Shown: in pieces, positions 59,701 to 64,000 of the stretch
Layout: every line of letters begins with the position of its first letter
How positions within the stretch are numbered: position 1 is the first letter of the stretch
IMG/VR virus record: IMGVR_UViG_3300009124_000001
Direction: 5' to 3' (one strand)
Length of the DNA stretch: 64,000 nt
Source: a virus
The notes under the pieces: model-generated
Database searches by the model: none
What the model was told of the DNA's origin: nothing
The model's input: only the letters and a program-made list of their open reading frames with translations
Translations under genes and position numbers: made by a program

Positions 59701-62700
59701 TTCGTGATCTGTTTCTGTTGTAATTCTTCCGTAGGGGATGTCGTTGATGACTTCCTTTCTATATTGAGAAATTGCAGCACCTTGAACAGATTCAACTTGT
59801 GCGCTAGCGCCAAAACCATCCGTTCCAGTGTTATCGAAGAAGAGAGTATCAGTAACCTGATAGGATACACCAGGATTCTCAATAACAAATCCATCGATCT
59901 GAGCATTCTCAAATTTCGTTGTTGTCTCAACTTCGATATCGACTCTGGACTCTGTTGAAACTCTTGGGAAGTAATCATAGATTTGAAGTGCTGCTTCCTC
60001 AGTTAACGCCTGATCTGTGGCGATTTCGTTGGGAGAAATGATACCATCATTATCTATATCTTCTGTTTCAAACAGAATCAAGAATCCTTCCTTCTCAGTA
60101 ACCAACTGATCGGACTGTTGGTTGGGTTGACGATCAATATCAATGTCAACATCCTCATAAGGATCTCTATAACGAGAAACGTCAGAAGGAATGTTTTCCT
60201 GAGTGGCATTCAGACTGACGTTCCAAGTGTCAACCACAGAGTTGAATTCGGGACCAATGATATACGGGAACACAGGCAGACCTGCTTCCGAAGCATCAAT
60301 AGTGATGAAGTATGCATAGATGCCATCAGGATACTCAGGAGTCTTACAGAAACGACCATTGTAGGGGTCAAGGTCACCTTCTTGGAAGGTGTACTCATAG
60401 TCATCAATGAACTGACCAGCAGGGTAGTCAGTCAGAGAGGGACCATCGACACGAGCGGGATTTGGGTTGGTGTCAATATCATATACAACGTTTGTTTTCA
60501 GTTTGTAGGAAGAACGCATTCTTCTGATACCACCATTCTGATCGGTGGGATCGATATAACCATAAGGACCATAGATCGGGTTACCATCAAATGCCCAACC
60601 AATAATCGGGGAGTGACTGATGGACGCGCCAGTCTCAGTACCCTCTTCAATAAATTGATTGTTTTCGGGGTTCAGGATAACGTTATCACCGACTACATAA
60701 CGCAGTTCTTTCGGATCGGAAACGTGAGCATATTCGCCACCATACTGGTTGTTGAAACCAGTGAACACATAACCACGAGCAACGTCATACTTGTTACTCA
60801 GTTCATATTCAACGTTCTTGTTCCATCTAAACACAGATGCTTCAAACGTTGCAAGTTGTCCAACTGCTTCCAATCTGACAGTAGTGTTACCTTGGGTGTA
60901 ACCAACACCTCTGTTGGTAATTTGAATAGAGATAACCTTACCCTTATCTTCACCGAGGGTTCCGATAACTGCCTTTGCTTGGGCACCGAAACCATCACCA
61001 TTGATGTATACAGTGGGTGCAGTGGTGTATGCAGTACCAGAGTTAATGATAGCAATCGAAACGATACGACCATTAATAACGATTGGTTGTGCCAGGGCAC
61101 CTTCACCAGAGTTTAACTTAATGTTGGGAATATCAGTGTAACCGCTGCCTCGGGCGGTAAGGGTAACACCCGTGATTGGACCACGAACTTGGGCAGTAGC
61201 AAGGGCACCAGCACCGCCACCACCAGTAATAGAGATAGTGGGTTGTGCTGTATATCCAGTACCAGGGTTACCGACCAAAACACGAGTCACACGACCGTTG
61301 GTAACAACTGCTTGTGCAGTAGCACCAGATCCACCACCACCAACGATGGAGATCAGAGGTTGCGAGGTATAACCACTACCTTCATTAGTAACTTCAATAG
61401 AACTCAGGGAACCATTAACGATTACCTCAGCAGCAGCACCGCTACCACCGCCACCAGTGATTTCTAGTTGTGGTTTGCTACCAGCATCATAGTCAATACC
61501 ACCATTAGTGATGCTAATGCCAGTCACAGGACCATATGTAACAAACTCTTGGTCTTTGTAAGACCATGCTGCAACGCCATTGACCCATGCACCAATCGGA
61601 GTGTTGGGTTTGACAACAGTTCTAGTAGATACAGTATTTACTGTTCTGGGGAATCTCAGCAGTTTGCGCTGGTTACCAGGAATGAGTGCCGATCCACTGA
61701 AAGGACCAATCTTGTAGTTGGGCAGACCAGAGGCAGCAACGTAAACGTAATCGTTATTGAAGAAAGTGTTCTGAATGTTAGAAGTAAACAGAGAGATCAC
61801 TTCATCGATCGTGTCCTGTGTGGACTTACCTCTGTTTAGGTCCACAGACAGCAGAATGTTACCCTGAGGTTCGATGTCAGTAGGAACAGGGATCAGATAC
61901 GAGAAGGTGAACTCATCCAGACGTGCAGTAACTTCAAACGTACCGTTATAAACAGCAGGGTTAGCACCATAGATGGTCACAGCGTCTTCGACGAGCAAAC
62001 CATGAGGATTGGCGCAAGTAACAGTTGCAGTTCTGTTCAGACCGCCTGGTTCAATACGATCAACGCGGATTAGTTTCTTAACGTTGTACAACCAAGACTG
62101 CAAACGTTGATCATCAGCAGTAGAACCCAGAGCAGCAACATTCAGTTTGTCGCCAGGCAGATAATAGGATCCACTGTCTTCGAGAACAGTTGTTGCTGCC
62201 TCAGCAATACCCAGAATACGAAGTTTGACTTCTGTTTCCAGTCCTCTGTTGACATATACAAAGATATCAGAATGGATCGTTGTACCAGGATCCCAATCCT
62301 CTACAATGCCATTTTTGGAACGAGTACACTCGATGAATTGGTTCAGAGACTTATCTTTGTACTGAACAACCTCACTATCATCAATAATGATCGTACCGTT
62401 CTTCTCAGGCCATCCAATAGTGGAGTCAACGGTAATAATGCTCTCGGTAGTGTCCAGAGGTTCAACCAAGACTGTTTTGTAGGGAATCTTAAACTCACCG
62501 CTCAATGTTTCTTCGGAAATGGCGAGTTCGTAGATAACATCAGTACCTTCGATAATCGAAATGACATTTTCGATCAAAACTGACGCATCTTTGATATTCT
62601 GGTCAACAGGATCAGCAATTTGAACCAACTGAGCGTTAGTCAGGTTGACGGGATCACCAGAAATCAACTGAGCACGCAAAATAGTGTCTACGACCCAAGA

Positions 62701-64000
62701 TGCCGCAGACGGAGTGATCATTTCATCCTTAGGATAGAAAACGTCAATCTCTTCACCAAACAGAATCTTAAACAGATACTGTGTAGCAACTTTTGTACCC
62801 TTAGAGAGGTAGAAGTCCTTAATGTCTCTAATAACACGAACAGGATTGACCTGAGAGTAGTCAATCTGGATCGTGGGCATATATTGACGACGGAACTTGT
62901 CAAATACCTCACGAATAATCTGAGAATCGAGGTTATGGACTATTGAACCAGAAGTATGACTTGTTTGTGCAAGTGCAGTCTCGGGTGCATATACCTGATT
63001 GCCATAATCATCAAATTCAACAACATCAGAGACGCCACGAGCACATCCACGCAGTGAAGAAGGTTCATAATTACGACCACCAGAGAGAATGTTGAAACCA
63101 GTGACCTCACCGAAACCAACATCGCAAGATGCCTGTGCAGAAAGAGGTTCAGCGATGTAAACCTTGGGTGGTTGAGTATCAGAATACCCAGAACCGAAGT
63201 TAACGATGTTGATGTCAGTGATTTCTCCGTTAAAGATAGTAGCAACTGCCTCGGCACCAGTACCACCTATGGGTTCGCCCAGAGGTCCCTTACGATCGTC
63301 AACAATATAGACAGAAGGAGCATCGGTGTAACCAGAACCACCTGTCAACAGGTTGATGTTGGTCACATTCCCGTTCGCAACAGTCACGTCGAGCACCTGT
63401 GCGCCCACAGGTTGGATGATACGTGCTCTCGGGGCAGAAGTGTACCCTCTACCTCTATTTGTGATGGTTACGCTGACAACTTGACCATCAGGAGACACAG
63501 AGCAAGTTGCTTCGGCATTGATACCATCCTCAGGAGCAGGATCAATGTAAATTTCGGGAGGATTGCTATAACCAAGACCAGTCTTGACCACAGAAATCGA
63601 ATTAGCAACGAGACGACCCTCAGAATCGATTATAGGATTGCTAATTTCAGCACCATTCGGGTTGATAAACGAAATGGCAGGAATGAAGTCATATCCAGAA
63701 CCAGAGTTAGTGATCTCGATTCCAGAAACTTGACCAGTAGTGTCATCAACAGTAATTCTTGCTGCTGCCTGAGATCCATTGATCAAATCAGACGGAGGAG
63801 TGATGCTGATGACAGGTGGATTATAAGAATTGTAACCCTGACCACCATTAATCAGTTTGGCATCCTTGATACCATTGACAAGAGTACGACCAGCGGCAGC
63901 TTCACCAATACCAGTCGAAGAGAAGATTGAAAGTTTGGGGGCAAAGTTTAGTTCGTACCCTTTACCACCATTTTTGACAATAATTCTATCAATCTCACCA
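44722..64000 (-). CDS. g7: Giant multidomain baseplate wedge initiator (gp7-like), 5'-partial, >6,400 aa
   Basis: Frame stays open from the track start (63786) to the window end. Contains IKDFYLSKGT...LFKILFGE and KIQDSFFYQNFSYVIKS...HPVGFNMFG gp7-type motifs, GxGY repeats, a YHYH-like domain, a propeller-like region, two LamG, two CBM5/12-like and a C-terminal Ig-like domain. Confidence 0.85.
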   Translation of the reverse strand, partial: GEIDRIIVKNGGKGYELNFAPKLSIFSSTGIGEAAAGRTLVNGIKDAKLINGGQGYNSYNPPVISITPPSDLINGSQAAARITVDDTTGQVSGIEITNSGSGYDFIPAISFINPNGAEISNPIIDSEGRLVANSISVVKTGLGYSNPPEIYIDPAPEDGINAEATCSVSPDGQVVSVTITNRGRGYTSAPRARIIQPVGAQVLDVTVANGNVTNINLLTGGSGYTDAPSVYIVDDRKGPLGEPIGGTGAEAVATIFNGEITDINIVNFGSGYSDTQPPKVYIAEPLSAQASCDVGFGEVTGFNILSGGRNYEPSSLRGCARGVSDVVEFDDYGNQVYAPETALAQTSHTSGSIVHNLDSQIIREVFDKFRRQYMPTIQIDYSQVNPVRVIRDIKDFYLSKGTKVATQYLFKILFGEEIDVFYPKDEMITPSAASWVVDTILRAQLISGDPVNLTNAQLVQIADPVDQNIKDASVLIENVISIIEGTDVIYELAISEETLSGEFKIPYKTVLVEPLDTTESIITVDSTIGWPEKNGTIIIDDSEVVQYKDKSLNQFIECTRSKNGIVEDWDPGTTIHSDIFVYVNRGLETEVKLRILGIAEAATTVLEDSGSYYLPGDKLNVAALGSTADDQRLQSWLYNVKKLIRVDRIEPGGLNRTATVTCANPHGLLVEDAVTIYGANPAVYNGTFEVTARLDEFTFSYLIPVPTDIEPQGNILLSVDLNRGKSTQDTIDEVISLFTSNIQNTFFNNDYVYVAASGLPNYKIGPFSGSALIPGNQRKLLRFPRTVNTVSTRTVVKPNTPIGAWVNGVAAWSYKDQEFVTYGPVTGISITNGGIDYDAGSKPQLEITGGGGSGAAAEVIVNGSLSSIEVTNEGSGYTSQPLISIVGGGGSGATAQAVVTNGRVTRVLVGNPGTGYTAQPTISITGGGGAGALATAQVRGPITGVTLTARGSGYTDIPNIKLNSGEGALAQPIVINGRIVSIAIINSGTAYTTAPTVYINGDGFGAQAKAVIGTLGEDKGKVISIQITNRGVGYTQGNTTVRLEAVGQLATFEASVFRWNKNVEYELSNKYDVARGYVFTGFNNQYGGEYAHVSDPKELRYVVGDNVILNPENNQFIEEGTETGASISHSPIIGWAFDGNPIYGPYGYIDPTDQNGGIRRMRSSYKLKTNVVYDIDTNPNPARVDGPSLTDYPAGQFIDDYEYTFQEGDLDPYNGRFCKTPEYPDGIYAYFITIDASEAGLPVFPYIIGPEFNSVVDTWNVSLNATQENIPSDVSRYRDPYEDVDIDIDRQPNQQSDQLVTEKEGFLILFETEDIDNDGIISPNEIATDQALTEEAALQIYDYFPRVSTESRVDIEVETTTKFENAQIDGFVIENPGVSYQVTDTLFFDNTGTDGFGASAQVESVQGAAISQYRKEVINDIPYGRITTETDHELIAQDEVIVSSRVITENTNKRFYMSVVTGIDSINVLQTGVGYNESIPPTYEIITTSGQDVELDIDLDVTTGKIDKVNIINSGFNYDTEIPPEIRVSHPQKFKKTYYWSTIYSETQTNCQIKIHDSVVADDRNLYVCGEILQPNGDSAAFLAKYNDLGSLVWDRSLLPSASIKTARWKKMYLDQTSESNHLIYLIGETESQGTANYNPDILVAKYESGLDNANNPEGIVRFQKEIAGVSGTTRRDYAGDIYLDEEQRVYICGWTDTNSPDPDDIWVMQLNNQGDVVEKRKFASETEGEQMHQLYYLGDNQVAFCGIDEDNNDLLFGVMEYDGANIELKYVKRLAVSGGDVQRPQFVLDEYNDLFFVCDMWNGTKNYGVAFFKIALDQIRLTVATPEWDFAKIMAPTVTFESIKHAGVSLDVFGNVNVVTNVVYEDNDQQAVISGFKYDGTSLYTTNVTRGQWNGSSSDTGIGFTANTHAVDNSGDIILPLNLQHPIQEVVHRFENAVLTFDDTKQNKSTISVYDGGAVSQDSSIFKFGANSLNVADANYLKWTDLNLTEQWTNVMWVRMAPTHGTNNPRIEMITAKDDSGSTVQYIMNLDSGDGNFGKIALEIAPSGGSTTTVWSIGSTYATTLADSDWHHIALVKEEPSLGSYVYSCYFDGVNVATATVVDEISMNDLVVGGQEAGPLLNNSFVGNIDDIVVESRAVYSGSSLQVPTERYRITTQDSALDLVKFDRLHSKRGDYNTTFAGYDGNYTESISFTANTTLNVNTLSNPVITVWNEGPSGLQILDFSDVVSTLAPGTYTFNTQRHTFSTKTSTIPTPLGRKLKIEPVVLPKYYIRDAGYQKIDAVKEFVFNQAVKFEKGSILQQYNENGVVQAFGTIVDVPVGSVNTPGYGTTYKVGKIFGTFNNDDLFKNDKEEENTIDEISFTVKRAQNAWEAGKAYVVNDQVWSDGKIYSATNNATSGSTAPTHEIGIVTDGAVLWSYISAAPNIEVNLADFPWPAPTDPEWIATTTYVAGDVVYFGRNKYTCATGGVSGTVGPSHTTGSAADGSVTWNFVSTYDPLSDYARFRPFTLTDYRVTIVNTYAGSDFIIGDVVSLGNSINAGPKADTDNKIAEVSGLASVKEITLTVNLNKDIIRTAENRTDLIYCSALTPHNFKAKDILFVEGFTTAEFNGSFFVKEVFSTRDFTYKLRTIATGEPAFAQGAISRVKISSKHPTLLLVRNHSYIFDLSDSSNFGYYLSFAQDNQFKLEYSFNVIEREGTPGLSSAAETPVVKFTIGGEVTNITYYFDPSRTGATSPVGSNSFIDVIKTPYDGRFQISEVLSDTEFRFPLLYEPEFNNAEIGLDDQDKSNTIYSTTSKKAIGPINSIKLISPGGFYKKLPIISDIASDRKIEKLRILSGGTEYAPGVYTQVSILGDGEGGLCNITVENDDIIGSGTVTQVALTDPGKGYTFGSIDIDAIQGILGPTLSGSGAEIQVVIPAEGTGAAVFLTGKQIGKIKTLKNNEFGYGYSHDYTLRPEIAFPINLQLFNTSILSQITITDPGAGYTSAPAVIISGGGGTGAEAEAVVKNNRLSEILIKNPGAGYSSQPNVTLKSEFTYVVNLDLNYLQFNFPHGITTGAEVQFRADAIGSTVGELPKPSSVGLTSLSSAQTYYAIAGEVNGLESDQLRFALTPVDAESGNFITFLTQGAGRQVLLTEVFGGKAEAVVETSRFLEGEEVFQGETRELATATGIVSINDGWQIEPKILKVTNPDGDFLVGGKVQGVISRASGVIDNINIAKGVLNIDAITKTAGRFTDDVGKPSEIVQKIQDSFFYQNFSYVIKSEIPINRWKNQILQNNHPVGFNMFGQLSLTGGKDISGRKVAADFTKQVNINEYTNVNEITSFGAAQPIYSTFNNSEVLFRKKRLTNSEEILTSIVKKIDDISGQFDGLKKNFPLRVEGEQVIVKDNQLLITINGVIQSPGSSYQVVGNEIVFSEPPRPDSKVVYRNIAFDFMPITRLNLNSIAGIFPSIGDNVFGFETETTAKVVATGATSIDVVDISGSFALNERVDVNRTGFSALIGTIEKSFTKLFLQSIGGTFDTGLIGDIIVGQTTGARATITSIDLTDNSIQVTDMSNGFFDRGEDINFFNAGYGANVLNIDSVNYKTIFEFGETVTNMTGDTAVIEESNLDLDGNISDKLVLSKTSGTAEFETGQYNLFLNDIFYSAASNIAARITSISPYRDPIVSINLVRPVPAGAWSTMVEGDKFEGITSGATGEVVKIDFEASPPVLYYLKNSETDLTDGETVQGYTEFAGVRTYTATTETVSGEVRLGDVVDTLTINKGSTFFGMIFERLISLTNQNVILDDISKTTITPVEILDSSDRVNADFLDFEEVRSTEVEFENLTGGTIAVGDVIRSITVTYGNPVTDALNRWFDAANRIAANKQEIVDFANAEIAVQHPGFYYPGDNQTDQFSRYADAYRLIHRNKDYIIAKSYSDMVVQYPSLPIPSPTKCRRDIGHFIDAISMDMFQGGTVYTRKFLQMYFSDDGLTFLYINNEAEATEYAFEQALGYMKNALTNMLTGTDTVDAVVYNLYDERSTGGSSGTGITADPSPGNPYGTPGSNADNFGANNCSDVQSALQTLFDNVSEVLLAGSLSDLIELSEPSTYSSNETKCRRDIGYFVDALVQDIKGDGNYGVVTFTKFYFDANGAPISNGLVGETAESITAFNKARDMAKLAINNLLYDKDLTLVYDPTTYSGPYLTSPTEGHTYDPNYASGNNQDAANCADVQAALDTLTTIATTAINAGNLNNINALAVISDGSFQENENLRVYKISYKDPGANGLFLPGETISGTTSGATFTAKGTNAGLKWLFTDSITGIFQNREYITNTRLTANGSAVLTGLEYKSGTKSLRLDAGAYLSHTLSDVQKFGTEDFTIEMWVRPTTISGVQYLFDTRTSGTSENGSPVLYLNGANIAWWYNGSDQISAAHGLGTNAWHHIAVTRTTNITKIWVNGSQVGGDYTDNNNYLERAFTIGADLNGASGFVGHLDNIIIKKGVSDYSQTFTPGFTFPTDNQNISFSMSMELPLIISNEERYATYTGQTNSSATAKSIDYDEKTIIVEDINLARDEYRKSADMIELNLDWIAEVAVGLMKEKYPDFVMPGDTADGAGVQQGTNFCLRDTKEYILKAVIEDMRYGGNYNSVIAGRGYLTKQGGLNYVGNELLQSIFTWTELAVVINYVITTTDTDLVNYNGTKYTDILRIPNNFASPASQAIQDEVVLLCDTIADILGPTGNRFRDAGDLIWKNRDYIAYETVGWLNDYYSAEINNTQYDFLDIPGYNGDVVCARDIKEYILPAVITDLITGGNSATQYVIDFYINNNNEIIHVENELGAMLDAFSYVKKLVLHAVSNTLLNFGTTSSELGVASELQDDYYVAQFTEIPAYRDTTITIDSKGYDYQDTVSNYNIDAANMLERNKHVIAKEAVYTMNDLSKYLDLAIPGGSKNCEDDVMGVIDAVIHDLRFGGNSATYDAALLYLNPEDDSLLHIEQEAEAAIDVYKIAMEICILTMRNGFGRDNLYIYQAEGGAGGAINPGGVGTSSVDAVDVATYEQNATDDRFIDGSHIIERNIRLIAEEAVSQGLAQFPSLVIPGGNINCVHDVTDMLHAMVWNLRFGGNNKMFRAAEFYVSNGSLAHITSQSTESIWIINKARDLAITVMRDQPITITGAHGFSQKYFADLDFFPYNQGGYVVTQDTLNPGNECADVASAITDLFSVVTDTITTPASITDGTITKSLPNCWPVKYAPEMVVRDTTVTYDSAASAWNETCPQTASTIETLFDIVINTISEASAGNSSHLAGITRDVGYNTNNQYQFYTCYDVSSAAESLFDLMLDTLGGGSNSDRSVARRILFNRHAISAKAFAEVQTAYPTTTAEESFGDTLLGGLLYDLNTGGNQGVLRIVNTWFDGEGNFIAFPDVTKQHLLWFVTRISEYCKRALDDYNDNLVGGEWYGYDIYLDPTHQGTNAIENRYEYEPESTQFKIDSSLNAAYFAISRGTPPSQNKIQWTNNVHATNNQNLYDEGLDWNTDPDLIINTPTVEVGFERRENKITINRPNFYSRGDILSYVVASNDVEAAFADQEYFYVLNATPSAFEITKEIRHDARFAPFAVNLATTGQQQLQLNVRSGITRTTTTYGTRDIDNPVSGGFSLADVVVGTSSNATSEIVRTRNNEANIIKIYQRFDIGVATGRFNIGERVQVQGAGTNYGTVLQTSPLTGDNEDEGWIYVENITGSFSVSDILEGVDSAQTAEITSAARDRMLINTERGSFGVDEMLFNKSNGAEADIVAYENSAGSLTSNTGGRIAIDIETLEQDFIDGDIIYGSITDKILNIANITRDSFRDIELNQYVHAVKTIECDVNTVLRDQGFTGDFKKGDFVYLLQGSIPKIPGWTAVVTDYLYDPDNSIHKIWIANLQPYGADADGNTTTDPNELLSGGLGKFENLNNFPVIQCDISNVSVTEYTSYGKVSGKSISGDTGRIWLEDVVGDFPSNLTIISDYGWSAGVTQSKNLLARCDRYFRGFDGTATSFKLTVSNGEAYFPDPAGHLLVFVNGVLQPPGANYAYTAFSDSIQFTEPPTIGSEFIGYYVGKLRQLDDISFEFDSLRSSFNLKYQGGFYSLTLTEGVSSNTILPENNIIVSLNGVIQEAGVGYELVGSRIIFAEIPRAGSTFVAFSYIGSDADVIAATVVPPIEAGDILQIEGEADEREVALIESSNSLITFEYTGTVKGRGAEAVANIKSGEITEAIITSPGDGYTSRPSVDVISATGFDGRVRALMGILRIDVKTGGVGYAQPAVAVETTVDDDFVPPTGPAVNQGFDTYAGEGTDPQGNPIVIVPGYIQIASQPTNVTVNQGQTAEFTVVANFIQSSDNQIGTTALNYQWQRKQYGETDWNNITGQTSNVYDSNPAEQADDGDEFRVAITAAGATPVYSNSVILTVQTGATIISNFNPTQIFQ
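47590..52460 (-). repeat. Array of about seven helical phycobiliprotein-like domains within the giant protein, interrupted by a LamG domain (~50570-51020)
   Basis: Repeated pattern R/N-x-DA..I..N...I...A.........PG...C-x-(R/D/H)-D.....A...D...GGN...C..V.SA...LF. Confidence 0.7.

Noticed and set aside
63784-63786. TTG start of the giant ORF given by the track
   Set aside because: The reading frame stays open to position 64000 with the same repeat type, so the true start lies outside the window
1-64000. tRNA genes, CRISPR arrays, IS elements
   Set aside because: Intergenic gaps are short, at most about 125 bp, and none shows a cloverleaf, a repeat-spacer pattern or a transposase; judged by eye only

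Overview
This is a 64 kb segment of a T4-like marine cyanomyovirus (probably a Synechococcus/Prochlorococcus phage) covering the virion morphogenesis module. Every credible gene is on the minus strand. In transcription order (right to left): a giant gp7-like baseplate protein (>6,400 aa, 5' end outside the window), a YHYH protein, a gp9/gp10-like protein ending in a cupredoxin-like domain, a gp7-like repeat protein, g8, a 2,470-aa VrlC/DUF4815-like protein, a 2,617-aa fibre, and g13-g16. Next comes the variable island between g16 and g17, with putative internal head proteins, petE, an ndhP homolog missed by the ORF track, many microproteins and an SNase-like nuclease. Then g17-g23, four small ORFs, g3, uvsY and uvsW. 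T4-type late promoters (TAAATA) and three intrinsic terminators are visible. The most striking observation is about seven tandem or nested helical domains in the giant baseplate protein that, by eye, resemble phycobiliprotein subunits. They include equivalents of both bilin-binding cysteines (C-x-R-D and the beta-155-type C...LFD helix), which suggests a possibly chromophorylated, light-interacting virion. All family assignments come from motif recognition and recalled sequences; no database search was run.
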